Notes: generated by a model not told the origin, from the letters alone. A DNA stretch of 64,000 nt from Gammaproteobacteria bacterium (GCA_006218035.1 VBWC01000010.1:203572-267571); one strand, 5' to 3'. Shown: positions 27,651-37,871, counted from the stretch's first letter. Translations and numbers: made by a program.

Positions 27651-28157
27651 ATGGATTTTCTACCGATAGACCGATGGCTGCATTTCCTGGCAGGCATCAC
27701 CTGGATTGGGCTGCTTTACTATTTCAACTTCATTCAGGGTCCGGCGGTCGCCAGGGCGGCGGCCGACAAGGACGGTCCGGGACCGGCCGCCATCAGCAAG
27801 TATATCGCGCGACCGGCACTGCTGTGGTTTCGCTGGGCGGCGGTTGTGACATGGTTGACCGGCGCGGCCTATCTGGGCGGCGATATCAGCAAGGCGTTTA
27901 CGCTGGGGCTGACCGAGGGCGGCACGCTTTATCACACGACGATCGGCATGGGCGCCTGGCTGGGCACGATCATGCTGTTTAACGTCTGGGTGCTGATCTG
28001 GCCCAACCAGAAGAAGCTGCTTGGCATCGTGCCGGCCACCGACCAGGAGAAGGCCAGTGCGAAGCGCGTGGCGTTCCTGGCATCGCGTACCAACACCTTG
28101 CTATCGATCCCCATGCTGATGTTTATGGGCGGCGCGAGCCACGGCCTGCCGTTCTAG
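27651..28157 (+). CDS. PuuD/DUF989 (Urate_ox_N)-like membrane protein without a cytochrome c domain
   Basis: RWLH.LAGI.WIG.LYYFN, FRWAA..TWLTG, GTIMLFNVW..IWPNQ, SRTN..LSIP; ATG 27651 after GAGG. Confidence 0.8.
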   Translation: MDFLPIDRWLHFLAGITWIGLLYYFNFIQGPAVARAAADKDGPGPAAISKYIARPALLWFRWAAVVTWLTGAAYLGGDISKAFTLGLTEGGTLYHTTIGMGAWLGTIMLFNVWVLIWPNQKKLLGIVPATDQEKASAKRVAFLASRTNTLLSIPMLMFMGGASHGLPF

Positions 28158-28174
28158 TCGCCACGCGGACGTAA

Positions 28175-28206
28175 TTGCGCGGAAAGGGGAAACCGCTTCC
28201 GCGCAA
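28175..28206 (+). terminator. Probable intrinsic terminator
   Basis: TTGCGCGGAA...TTCCGCGCAA stem followed by CTGTTT. Confidence 0.5.
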
Positions 28207-28340
28207 CTGTTTCCTGCACTTGCTTCCTCTCCCCCGGATCAGCGGCCAGCACGCCGGGTTTGTCAACACGGCATCAAAACCTTATTATTCCGCTCTTCGG
28301 CAGACGCTGCCTTTTGTTTTTTTAAGTAGAAGTTTCGATC

Positions 28341-29513
28341 ATGCCGGAGCCATTGATGTCGAATTACGCCCGCTTGCCGGTCACGTTTGAACGGGGCGAA
28401 GGCGCCTGGTTATGGGACGAGCACGGGCGCAAGTACCTGGACGCGCTCAGTGGCGTCGCTGTCTGCGGGCTGGGGCACGCGCATCCTGCGGTCACGCAGG
28501 CGATCTGCGATCAGGCCAACCAGCTGGTGCACACGTCCAATCTCTACAGCATCAAGCATCAGCAGCGGCTGGCCGAGGAGCTGACCGCGCTGTCTCGCAT
28601 GCAGAGCAGCTTTTTCTGTAACTCCGGCGCGGAAGCCAACGAGGCGGCGCTCAAGATCGCCCGGCTGGTCGGGCATGCGCGGGGCATCGGGATTCCGACG
28701 ATAGTCGTGACCGAAAACAGTTTCCACGGCCGCACATTGGCGACGCTGACGGCCACTGGTAATCTGAAAATCCAGCAGGGCTTTGAACCGCTAATGCCGG
28801 GATTCGTCCGCGTGCCTTATAACGATGTTGCGGCGCTGCGCGCGCTAGCGAAATCCGATCAGAATATTGTCGCGGTGCTGCTGGAACCGATCCAGGGCGA
28901 GAGCGGCGTGAATATCCCCGACGACGACTACCTGAACCAGGTACGCGCGATTTGTGATACGCATGACTGGCTGATGATGCTCGATGAGGTACAGACCGGC
29001 ATGGGCCGCACCGGCAGGTGGTTCGCGTTTCAGCATCACGGGATACAACCGGACGTCATGACGCTGGCGAAAGGACTGGGCAACGGCGTGCCGATAGGTG
29101 CGTGCCTGGCGAGTGGCGTCGCGGCGGCCGCGTTCACGCCGGGCAGCCACGGCTCGACGTTCGGCGGTAATCCGCTGGCGTGCCGTGCGGCGCTCGCGGT
29201 GGTCGATACGATGCGGCGTCATGAGCTGGTGGAACGCGCCGCGTATCTCGGCAACCGGATACTGACGACGCTGCAACGCGAACTGGCGGGATGCGGTCAT
29301 GTGAAAGCCGTGCGCGGCAAGGGATTGATGATCGGCGTCGAGCTGGACCGGCCGTGCGCCGCGCTGGTAAAGCAGGCGCTGGAACACGGGGTCTTGATCA
29401 ATGTCACGGCGGAAAAGGTGATCCGGCTGCTGCCGCCGCTGATCCTGACCGATGCCGAGGCCGACCAGATCTCGGGCACCGTCAGCCGGCTGGTCACCGG
29501 CTTCACGCATTAA
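28341..29513 (+). CDS. argD: Acetylornithine aminotransferase
   Basis: [33 protein letters not shown]; upstream of argF. Confidence 0.93.
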   Translation: MPEPLMSNYARLPVTFERGEGAWLWDEHGRKYLDALSGVAVCGLGHAHPAVTQAICDQANQLVHTSNLYSIKHQQRLAEELTALSRMQSSFFCNSGAEANEAALKIARLVGHARGIGIPTIVVTENSFHGRTLATLTATGNLKIQQGFEPLMPGFVRVPYNDVAALRALAKSDQNIVAVLLEPIQGESGVNIPDDDYLNQVRAICDTHDWLMMLDEVQTGMGRTGRWFAFQHHGIQPDVMTLAKGLGNGVPIGACLASGVAAAAFTPGSHGSTFGGNPLACRAALAVVDTMRRHELVERAAYLGNRILTTLQRELAGCGHVKAVRGKGLMIGVELDRPCAALVKQALEHGVLINVTAEKVIRLLPPLILTDAEADQISGTVSRLVTGFTH

Positions 29514-29544
29514 GCGGAACGCAGCCGACAATCACGAGCGAGCC

Positions 29545-30462
29545 ATGGCAAAACGGCATTTCCTGACACTGATGGACCTGAGTCCGGCGGAATTGCGCGG
29601 ACTGGTCGCGCGCGCGATCGAGCTGAAGCAAATGCAGCGCGACGGCAAGACCTACGAGCCACTGAAAAACAAGGTGCTCGCGATGGTGTTCGAGAAATCG
29701 TCGACGCGTACGCGTGTGTCGTTCGAGGTCGCGATGAGCCAGTTCGGCGGCACTGCGATCTTCCTGTCGCCACGCGATACCCAGCTGGGTCGCGGTGAAC
29801 CCGTGGAGGACACGGCACGCGTGCTGTCGCGCATGGTCGACGTCATCATGATACGCACCTACGAGCACGAAAAGGCCGAGAGCTTTGCCGCCAATTCAGG
29901 AGTGCCGGTGATCAATGCCCTGACCGACCGGCATCACCCGTGCCAGTTGCTTGCCGACATGCAGACGTTCTACGAGCACCGCGGCGACATCCGCGGCAAA
30001 ACCGTCGCCTGGATCGGCGACGGCAACAACATGTGCCATTCGTATATCGATGCCGCCCGGCAATTTGCCTTTCAGCTGCGGATCGCGACGCCAGCGGAAC
30101 ATCAGCCGGACCCGGATACCCTCGCGCAGGCCGGCAACCACGCGCGTCTCGTGTCCAATCCACAAGAAGCGGTACGCGGCGCACATCTGGTCGTGACAGA
30201 CGTCTGGGCCAGCATGGGCCAGGAAGATGAACAGGGCAACCGCCGCCAGGTGTTCCAGCCGTTCCAGGTAAACGGCGAGCTGATGGCGGCAGCCAGCGCG
30301 GATGCGATCTTCATGCATTGCCTGCCGGCGCACCGCGGTGAGGAAGTAACTGCGGAAGTGATCGACGGAGGCCAGAGCGTGGTGTGGGATGAAGCCGAGA
30401 ACCGCCTGCATTCCCAGAAGGCTCTGCTTGAACTACTCCTGTGCCAGGGAAGCTCTGATTAA
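29545..30462 (+). CDS. argF: Ornithine carbamoyltransferase
   Basis: STRTR, HPCQ, DVWASMG, HCLPA; ATG 29545 (MAKRHFLTL). Confidence 0.96.
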   Translation: MAKRHFLTLMDLSPAELRGLVARAIELKQMQRDGKTYEPLKNKVLAMVFEKSSTRTRVSFEVAMSQFGGTAIFLSPRDTQLGRGEPVEDTARVLSRMVDVIMIRTYEHEKAESFAANSGVPVINALTDRHHPCQLLADMQTFYEHRGDIRGKTVAWIGDGNNMCHSYIDAARQFAFQLRIATPAEHQPDPDTLAQAGNHARLVSNPQEAVRGAHLVVTDVWASMGQEDEQGNRRQVFQPFQVNGELMAAASADAIFMHCLPAHRGEEVTAEVIDGGQSVVWDEAENRLHSQKALLELLLCQGSSD

Positions 30463-30616
30463 TCATTTTGTTGCCATTCCCGTACCCTCCGGGCATAAAC
30501 TTCGCGGGAATCCAGTAACACCCTGTTTCGAAAAGTAACACCCTGTTTCGAAAGCACTGGATTCCGGGTCTCCGCTACGCTTCGCCCGGAATGACGACAC
30601 ATCAGAGCTCCCCTGG
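30444..30616. mobile_element. MITE-like element (16-bp terminal inverted repeats) enclosing an ATTCCC/GGAAT REP pair; overlaps the argF 3' end
   Basis: CCAGGGAAGCTCTGAT (30444-30459) and ATCAGAGCTCCCCTGG (30601-30616) match 15/16 as an inverted repeat; internal 20-bp tandem duplication at 30514-30553; 17-bp insert at 30483-30499. Confidence 0.65.
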
Positions 30617-30632
30617 CTGCGCGGCCATTAAC

Positions 30633-30662
30633 AAAAAAGCGGGCTGATGCCCGCTTTTTTTT
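30633..30662. terminator. Bidirectional intrinsic terminator between argF and cytochrome c4
   Basis: AAAAAAGCGGGC-tgat-GCCCGCTTTTTTTT. Confidence 0.9.
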
Positions 30663-30679
30663 CTGAATCCAAAATCTTT

Positions 30680-31318
30680 TTAATGTTGCGTTGACAGGTA
30701 CTCTGCAACCGCCTTGATCTCGTCATCCGACAGTTTCTTCGCGATCGCCCCCATCATGCCGGCCGGATCGTTCGCTCGCACGCCGCCCTTGAGATCGGTA
30801 AGCTCCTTGATTATGTAGTCGCGGTGCTGACCGCCGATCACCGGAAAGACCGCGATGTTCGGCGCCTTGCCCTTGCCGCGTTCGCCATGGCAATTGATAC
30901 AGCCATAAAGACCGGACTGAATATTGCCTTCGCGGAATAACTTTTCACCCGCTGCCAACAGACTCCGGTCCGGGGTCGTCAACGACGCGTCCTTCATCTT
31001 CTGTTGGGAGAAGTAGGCGGCGATATCCCTCGCGTCCTCAACTGACGCCACCGTTGCCGCCATTGCAGCCATCGTCTCGTTGTTGGCGCGATGACCACTT
31101 TGAAAGTCCCGGATCTGCTTGACGATGTAATCGGCATATTGACCGGCCAGCCGCGGAAACGTCGCATCCTCACTGTTGCCGTCAGCACCATGGCAACCAG
31201 CACAAAGCCCGGACTTCTCCAGACCGGCGGCCGGATCTCCCTCAGCGTACGCCACACCCGCCAGCAGCACGATTGCGAGCGGTAGACAAGAACCGAAACC
31301 CTTGATTATTTTTCGCAT
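30680..31318 (-). CDS. Diheme cytochrome c4 (c553-type)
   Basis: Signal peptide; CAGCH and CINCH; PRLAGQ..Y; Met axial ligands. Confidence 0.93.
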   Translation of the reverse strand: MRKIIKGFGSCLPLAIVLLAGVAYAEGDPAAGLEKSGLCAGCHGADGNSEDATFPRLAGQYADYIVKQIRDFQSGHRANNETMAAMAATVASVEDARDIAAYFSQQKMKDASLTTPDRSLLAAGEKLFREGNIQSGLYGCINCHGERGKGKAPNIAVFPVIGGQHRDYIIKELTDLKGGVRANDPAGMMGAIAKKLSDDEIKAVAEYLSTQH

Positions 31319-31460
31319 ACATACACCCCTTTCTCACCGGTGACTGTCGCCGCCCGACCGTCCTGGGCCGCCCCGATTTCGCAGCGTAGACCAGTCTTTA
31401 TATATCAGCCGCTTAAGCTGTCGTCAAACGCGCACCGCTTGCCCGTACGCAAAACGACCA

Positions 31461-32927
31461 CTAATACGCGTTCTTGCTGGAAAACCCCCTGAACACGGTC
31501 AGCAAAATGATTTTTATGTCGAGCCCAAGCGACCAGTTACTGATATAGCCAAGATCGTGCTCCACACGCTTTTGCATTTTTTCAATGGCGTCTGTTTCGC
31601 CGCGCCAGCCATTGATCTGCGCGAGACCCGTGATTCCAGGCTTGACCTTGTGACGCAGCATGTAGCCGCTGATCAGCTTCCGGTACTGCTCATTATGCGC
31701 CACCGCGTGAGGCCTCGGGCCGACGATGGACATCGTCCCTTGCAGCACATTGATAAATTGCGGAAGCTCATCAAGGGAAGTGCGCCGTAAAAACGCGCCA
31801 AAAGGCGTAATGCGGGGATCATTCTTCTTCGCCTGCGTTACTTCCGAGCCATCCTCACTGACCAGCATGGTTCTGAACTTCCAGACATCAATCATATGGC
31901 CATTCATGCCGTACCGCCGCTGCTTGAAAAACACCGATCCCGCCGAAGTTCGCTTGATCTCCAGCGCTATAAGAAGCATCGGAACGGCAATAATTAACAG
32001 GATAATCGACCCGGCCACCACATCGAGCGCGCGCTTGAGCCAGCCGTCGACACCGTAGAACGGGGTATCAAAAATGCTTATAACCGGCAAGTCGCCGATG
32101 TTGCCCCATTTTGAATGGAGCAATTCGTACATGAACACATCGGGCACCAAATAGACTGAAACCGTGCTATCCGACAATTTGTTAATCAACCGCTTGATGC
32201 GCGCCTCGGCGAACATCGGTAACGTTATATAGATGAGATCGACGTCCCCCTTGCGGGCCGCCTCGACGAGATCATCCAGATCACCGGCCAATTCGCCCGA
32301 TACTCGTCGTGATCCGGCCAGTTTCCGATCGTCGTAAAAACCGACCGGCATCAAGCCCATCGACGGTGTTCTCAATATTGTCTGCGCCAGGTTGGCACCG
32401 AGTTCACGAGCGCCGACAATCGCAACGCGACGCGTGTTAAACCCGTGCCGTCGAATGATAGCAAGCAACATATGGAGCCCGGCGTGTGCCGCAGTCAGCA
32501 CAAACGGGGTGGCGACAAACCACGTCAAGATGACAGCACGCGTGTATTCTCCGCCTGACCCTGTGACATACGCGATCAACGCCAGTCCCAGTACCACGAG
32601 TATCCATGCCGCCACCATGCGCAGAAGGTCTCCGATCAGAGACGCGCCATGCCAGGAGCGATAAAGATCTATCGACTCGGCAAATAACATGAACAGCCCT
32701 ATCGCGCAGGCAACCGCAAGGGTGTAGTGGTCGGCCCACCCATCAATATAAAGGCGATCTACCGCCCACAGCGTAACGGCGATCCAGAATGCGTCCATCA
32801 GGCGGGTACCCGCGCGGACTACCGAATCGCCCGAAGAACCCGTTGAACGCTTGGAAAAACCCATTCTGTCAGACCCAAAAACAGCCGTAGCGGCGCCGGA
32901 ATTCCGGATAATCTCTTCAAATGCCAA
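31461..32927 (-). CDS. wcaJ: Undecaprenyl-phosphate glucose phosphotransferase (WcaJ/GumD type)
   Basis: Four TM segments, CoA-binding-like domain and Bac_transf domain (LRRTSLDELPQF, VGPRPHA, KVKPGITG). TTG 32927 after AAGGAGG is preferred over 33008. Confidence 0.92.
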   Translation of the reverse strand: MAFEEIIRNSGAATAVFGSDRMGFSKRSTGSSGDSVVRAGTRLMDAFWIAVTLWAVDRLYIDGWADHYTLAVACAIGLFMLFAESIDLYRSWHGASLIGDLLRMVAAWILVVLGLALIAYVTGSGGEYTRAVILTWFVATPFVLTAAHAGLHMLLAIIRRHGFNTRRVAIVGARELGANLAQTILRTPSMGLMPVGFYDDRKLAGSRRVSGELAGDLDDLVEAARKGDVDLIYITLPMFAEARIKRLINKLSDSTVSVYLVPDVFMYELLHSKWGNIGDLPVISIFDTPFYGVDGWLKRALDVVAGSIILLIIAVPMLLIALEIKRTSAGSVFFKQRRYGMNGHMIDVWKFRTMLVSEDGSEVTQAKKNDPRITPFGAFLRRTSLDELPQFINVLQGTMSIVGPRPHAVAHNEQYRKLISGYMLRHKVKPGITGLAQINGWRGETDAIEKMQKRVEHDLGYISNWSLGLDIKIILLTVFRGFSSKNAY

Positions 32928-33029
32928 TGATAGTTCCTCCTTGCCAATATGCAAGTGATTGAAAATTCCGAGGAAAGCAAACGCATTTCGCCCGTCGGGT
33001 CGGTTCACCCGAGTATAGGAATAGTGTTA

Positions 33030-33046
33030 AGCATGTTGCATACCAA
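33030..33046 (-). promoter_or_regulatory. Sigma54 (-24/-12) promoter for wcaJ
   Basis: Minus strand TTGGTATGCAACATGCT has GG-N10-GC spacing, about 100 bp upstream of the start. Confidence 0.6.
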
Positions 33047-33403
33047 CCAACTTCGCTCACGCGAAGATTGATCTTTTCTCAATTAATACAGAATGTTATA
33101 AAGCGCCGCCGGATGACCCGGAAGGACACAGCGAGGAAACGCGGGTCTAACCGTTAAATATCCCGACAGAGCGGAGGTTCACATATTACATGCTCGACCA
33201 CGGCGAAAACCTGCGGGTGGACACGAATGTCTCGACACCAATATCAATACAATTCAGCCACACGGAAGTGATGTTGAGCGGAGGAAACAAAGCGGCATAC
33301 CGAACGAACACCGCGATTCCAGACCATGGTCAATACTATCAGGTCAATCGGAACGACTCAAAAATGTCCCACCACCTGGAAAACACGCTTCGTGAAGCAC
33401 CGT

Positions 33404-35560
33404 CTATTTATAACTGTGAAACATCTCCGTGAATACTACGCCTCCTGGCCGGCTCTCCACGAGAAAGGTGATCGTTCCCGAAACGTTCTTGGTATCCCTG
33501 TCGCCCTTGTAGCGAATTTCTACATTGAATTTTCCCTGGCCAGCCGCTGATGTCTCCATGAGGTTCCAGTGCATATCCGATAAGACAAATTCCCGCACAT
33601 CGGTTTCGCCAAAAAAATTCTGATAGTCCTGGCGTATGCCACCAAGATCGTTTCGGCCGTTAGTACGCACATCGCCGGAAAACAGGCGCAAAAACCCGGC
33701 GACATCCCCGTTGCGGTAGGTCGAAATAAACGTCTCGAGAAGCGCATCCACATCCGTTTGTGAGATTGCATGCGACGTTCCCGTATCGACGACCGGGCGG
33801 GCACTATTACCGCGCACTTGCGGAACAGAAGCATCTGCGCGCGTTACGGGCGCAACCTCGGTGTCTGCTTGCACTCGCTCTTCAGGAGGTGTCAAAGCCG
33901 CTGCGGATGAAGTCACCGGTTCGCTGGTGATGGTGTTCTCCATCTGATTTACTTCAGCCCTGCCGGACGACTCGGACTGTTTTTTTTCCAGCGGTGCATC
34001 GACGGCTTCTCGTTGCGCCGAGCTCTGACTTTTTGCCGGCGAAGACGGAGGTGCAGTTAAAGCCGGCGGCGCCGCACCCGCTCGAGGGGTCTTGACGTCG
34101 ATCGATGTCACGCGGGACGCAATCGACGCCTTATCCTGCTCCCGAGCCCGGCTACCTGTTGTTACCGCTGGTCGTACGATACCGGAGGTCGTTGCGGGTG
34201 GTTCAACTGCCTTGATCGACCCAGGAGGGTTGGACGAGGGCACCGGTGGCGCGAAATCAGTGGTTGGCGTCGAATCGTCTCCCGGCGCCGTGTCGGGTGC
34301 CATTCCGGCGCTTGCGGCAGCGGACTCTCCCGCGGCGGGATCGAGCAGCAATTGCCCGTGGTCAGGTGGTGATCCTGCCGTCCCGGATTCCGGAGTCGCC
34401 TGATCGGCTGTCTCTGCCGCGGCCTTGGTCACGGCATCCACGGCGTCGGCATCGACAATGGCCTCGCTGCCCGGTTTGACCAGCGATTGATCACTGTCAC
34501 GATCCGGTAGCCCTGTGAGGACCGAATACTTGCTATAGATGACAATGGCCAACAACACCGCGAGCGAGACGCTCACGATGACAAGCGGGCCAATCCGCGC
34601 AGACTTGGCGCTCGCTGCCTCGTTGTTGATCCGTGCCGCGTGATCGCTCAAATCAGGCAGGATGACTTCTTCTGAGGCATGGTCTTCAACTCCACCACCA
34701 GAACGTTCAGCAGTAGAATTTTCTTGATTACGAACCTGAAGATATTCCAGGCGACGCAGCTCCTCTTCCGTCAAGGCAGATTCGGCTCGATTAAAATGCG
34801 AATCCAAAAACTTCTGGAACGGCTTTTCTGATTCGGAGTCCACCGCGGCCTGCTTTTCATCAGTGCGTGCGTCAGTTACCGGACGAACATCCGGCCTTCG
34901 CTCCTGCGAAGAAGTATCCTGCGGCATATCAGACCGGACGTTTAACGATCCATTGGCGGGCTCGCGTTTGGCGTTCTGTTCGACAAGATGCTTCGCCAAA
35001 AAAGAACCGCCGACGGGCTTATTTCTTGGCGCGGGCACTGTTGGTTCGAGACGCGATTTGGGCGTTTGGCTGTCGAGACCATATTCGACGCTTTTCGCCG
35101 CCGGAGCACTCGGTGCCGACGGATTCGCGTCGTAGGCGCGCCGCTTGTCGGGCTGTCGCAGAACACTATAGGCTTCATTGATACGAATAGCGGAATTCTC
35201 ATCCCAATTCGATTTGTCATCTGACGCGCCAATCGTCAATAAACCGGTTAACGCATGAAAATGTCTTCGTATGTCATCGCCGGTAGCGTTCCGATCCAAT
35301 CCTAAGCAGCGATAGTAGTCACCGCCTTGCGCGAGCAAAACGTTTTTCACAAAAAATACCGTCGCTGAACGCCGCTCTTCCGTAACGCTAGACGACCATA
35401 TCTCGGGCGCGCCCTCAGGGGAGGTATTTGCTTCATTGACCGCCATTTCAAGAAAAGCGCTTACGCCGTCAGGCAACGGGCAATTCACGTTAGCAAGGTC
35501 CGGAAAAAGATGCGGCTCCCTGAAATACTTGATAACAAGTTCGAAGATTTGGTTGTCCAC
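33404..35560 (-). CDS. Membrane-anchored protein: J-domain-like region lacking HPD, one TM, long Pro/Ala/Ser linker and C-terminal NTF2-like domain
   Basis: DYYRCLGL..NAT..DIRRHF...INEAYSVL..P.KRRAYD; TM LVIVSVSLAVLLAIVIY; C-terminal F..TY..GD...FL.LFS pattern. Confidence 0.7.
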   Translation of the reverse strand: MDNQIFELVIKYFREPHLFPDLANVNCPLPDGVSAFLEMAVNEANTSPEGAPEIWSSSVTEERRSATVFFVKNVLLAQGGDYYRCLGLDRNATGDDIRRHFHALTGLLTIGASDDKSNWDENSAIRINEAYSVLRQPDKRRAYDANPSAPSAPAAKSVEYGLDSQTPKSRLEPTVPAPRNKPVGGSFLAKHLVEQNAKREPANGSLNVRSDMPQDTSSQERRPDVRPVTDARTDEKQAAVDSESEKPFQKFLDSHFNRAESALTEEELRRLEYLQVRNQENSTAERSGGGVEDHASEEVILPDLSDHAARINNEAASAKSARIGPLVIVSVSLAVLLAIVIYSKYSVLTGLPDRDSDQSLVKPGSEAIVDADAVDAVTKAAAETADQATPESGTAGSPPDHGQLLLDPAAGESAAASAGMAPDTAPGDDSTPTTDFAPPVPSSNPPGSIKAVEPPATTSGIVRPAVTTGSRAREQDKASIASRVTSIDVKTPRAGAAPPALTAPPSSPAKSQSSAQREAVDAPLEKKQSESSGRAEVNQMENTITSEPVTSSAAALTPPEERVQADTEVAPVTRADASVPQVRGNSARPVVDTGTSHAISQTDVDALLETFISTYRNGDVAGFLRLFSGDVRTNGRNDLGGIRQDYQNFFGETDVREFVLSDMHWNLMETSAAGQGKFNVEIRYKGDRDTKNVSGTITFLVESRPGGVVFTEMFHSYK

Positions 35561-35945
35561 GACGTCTAGAAATCAATAAGATTAGGTCACAAAGATCGAA
35601 CCAAGATAACAACCCGCCATAAAATCAAAAGGTTATCAAATTTGGCGTCCACAAGGAAGGAAATCTATCGTGATGGCGGCATGCACTATCGCATTTTTTG
35701 AAAAAATGTACCCGTGAATATTTACCCGGATTAATATTCTACCCGCCTTAAAGAAAGAAATAGTCATGACCGATACTGTCAGGCAGGCCAGCGATACCGG
35801 GTTGCTTCTTCGGGTACAGTCGACTACCCTACCCGCGGCGAACAATGTATTCGGAAATATTCGCGTTGCCCAGCGCAATTTCGCAGCTTAGTTGGTTTCG
35901 ATTTCACCCGTTGCTTGGTTACAACAGGGAATACCTCTAGGACTC

Positions 35946-36617
35946 ATGGATAGAACAAAAAGGCACTGTAACCCAGGTTTTTTACTAAAGAAAATCGTAA
36001 TTCGATTGTTGTATTTTGGCATGGTCGTTGGTGTTATTTCGGGCTGCAACTTAGCGACTCGAAACTCTGCCGACAACGCGGTTCAAACAAGCAATAACGT
36101 TGTAACCAGTGTCAATATTCCGGTCACGATAGATATCGCTTCCCAGGCTATTGCGAAACGATCCCCTACATCACCGGGCAATGTCGTTGTGTCGATCGAG
36201 TCTAGCCCCCAGAACGGCTCGACTGAGGTGCTCGGCGATAACAAAATCGTGTACACGCCATCAGCTGGTTACCATGGGCAGGACACCTTCGTTTACAAGA
36301 TTTCGGATCTGAATGGCCCGTTTGAAGTAGGAACGATTTCCATCGGCGTAATTTGCGAATACTGTGTGCCGGAAGCCAAACTAGTGACGTTGTCGTGGAA
36401 TCCGATTCCCGACAATAGCCTGATCTACATGGTCTATTTTGGATCTTCTCCGACGAACGCAACTACCTTGGCCTCGGAAACCGCTCAATCGCGGGTAGAG
36501 CTTAGTGTGGTCGCCGATTTGGGGGCAAGCGTGGGCGAGACGCTGTGTTTCCGGCTCCGGGCGCGCAATGATGCCGGAATCTCCGGGTTCTCCGCTCCCG
36601 TCTGCATGGTCGCCTGA
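35946..36617 (+). CDS. Putative lipoprotein with Ig-like (Big_9/cadherin-like) and C-terminal Fn3-like domains
   Basis: Lipobox ISGC; P.NG...IVYTP..GY.G.DTF.Y; LSWN...Y.VY.G...CFRLRA.N..G.SG.S.PVC. Start uncertain (35892-35946). Confidence 0.7.
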   Translation: MDRTKRHCNPGFLLKKIVIRLLYFGMVVGVISGCNLATRNSADNAVQTSNNVVTSVNIPVTIDIASQAIAKRSPTSPGNVVVSIESSPQNGSTEVLGDNKIVYTPSAGYHGQDTFVYKISDLNGPFEVGTISIGVICEYCVPEAKLVTLSWNPIPDNSLIYMVYFGSSPTNATTLASETAQSRVELSVVADLGASVGETLCFRLRARNDAGISGFSAPVCMVA

Positions 36618-36651
36618 TACCTCTGGAACCGCTCTCGCTGTCTTCTCAACT

Positions 36652-37605
36652 TCACGTCGGACGACGGGATTTCAGATAAGAAATCAATTGGATTAATCCG
36701 TCTTCCATATTAATGTTCGGTCGCCAATCGAGAACCTCCTTGGCACGCGTAATATTTGCCCAGGAGTCCCGTATATCCCCCTCTCTCGAACCCTTATAAT
36801 TTGCGTTAACTGGGGTATTCATAATTTCCCCGAGCATTCTCAACAGCCGATTCAAGGTCACGCCAGTTCCTGTGCCGATATTCAGCACCGTACCCGGGGC
36901 CTGCCGGCTTTCTGCCGCCTTTATATTCGCTTCAATAACATCCGAAATATATACAAAATCGCGCGTCTGCTCTCCGTCCCCAAAAATCACTGGTATTTCC
37001 TTTCGGAGCAGCGTGTCAACGAAAATAGAAATCACGCCGGAATAAGGTGAAGAAGGATCCTGGCGTGGTCCGAAAACGTTGAAATATCGCAACCCCACCG
37101 CCTCCAGACCGAATAGCTGAAAGTATACTTTGCAGCAATATTCAGATGACAGCTTGTCAATCGCGTAGGGCGAGAGCGGATTGGCCGGCATATCTTCGTT
37201 TAAAGGTGGTGTACTCATATCGCCATATGCAGCTGCCGATGCGGCAAACACCACACGGCTGACACAATTATACTTAGCTGCTTCGAGAACATTTAACGTG
37301 CCCAGATAATTGGTATGGTGGCTACCTATCGGGTCATCTATTGTCCTCGGCACCGAAGCGATCGCCGCCTGATGAAAAATCCACGCTACGCTCTCGCTTG
37401 CTCGAACGACCGTGTCGTAATCCCCCACATCTCCATGAATGAACTCAAGAGATCCATGGCTGGGTAAGTTTTCCAGTTTTCCAGTCGACAAATTATCAAG
37501 CACCCGCACCTTCCAGCCATCCATCAGCAAACGTTCCACGAGATGCGATCCGATAAACCCGGCCCCTCCCGTTACTAATGCAATTCCTCTTTCAGTCATA
37601 ACCAA
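36652..37605 (-). CDS. NAD-dependent UDP-sugar 4-epimerase (extended SDR, WbpP/GalE-like)
   Basis: TGGAGFIGSH, YAIDK, LRYFNVFGPRQDP.SPYSGVIS. Confidence 0.92.
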   Translation of the reverse strand: MVMTERGIALVTGGAGFIGSHLVERLLMDGWKVRVLDNLSTGKLENLPSHGSLEFIHGDVGDYDTVVRASESVAWIFHQAAIASVPRTIDDPIGSHHTNYLGTLNVLEAAKYNCVSRVVFAASAAAYGDMSTPPLNEDMPANPLSPYAIDKLSSEYCCKVYFQLFGLEAVGLRYFNVFGPRQDPSSPYSGVISIFVDTLLRKEIPVIFGDGEQTRDFVYISDVIEANIKAAESRQAPGTVLNIGTGTGVTLNRLLRMLGEIMNTPVNANYKGSREGDIRDSWANITRAKEVLDWRPNINMEDGLIQLISYLKSRRPT

Positions 37606-37855
37606 ATCTCTTCAGGACTGACACCAAGAATACTGCAATTGGATTCCATAATCCCCGATCCTGACATACCGCGTTCATCGCACCAGCACCAAATCAGTCA
37701 CATGGCGGGTTATACAGTAACTTTCCGGCGCGACAATAGTATGTTTCGACCTTCGCCGCAACCAGCCCGTTCTTATCCGCATTGCAGCAGTGTTTCGCGT
37801 TACGGGGCGACGCTCGCGCCAAGATATCCGCTCACAGCCACGTTATTACAGATTT

Positions 37856-37871
37856 TGTGACCGCCTTCACA
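37856..37871. promoter_or_regulatory. CRP/Vfr/Clp-type palindromic site
   Basis: TGTGA-CCGCCT-TCACA in the divergent intergenic region, about 100 bp upstream of ATG 37968. Confidence 0.55.

Noticed and set aside
1..31000. A RAYT, transposase or integrase that would mobilise the repeats
   Set aside because: No ORF in the window shows HUH/Y1, DDE, DEDD or tyrosine-recombinase motifs; any mobiliser must be elsewhere.
33100..33185. Possible c-di-GMP-I riboswitch (GGTCTAA...GACAG..CGG)
   Set aside because: Lacks the GCAAA / GNRA-tetraloop P2 architecture and lies on the strand opposite to wcaJ.
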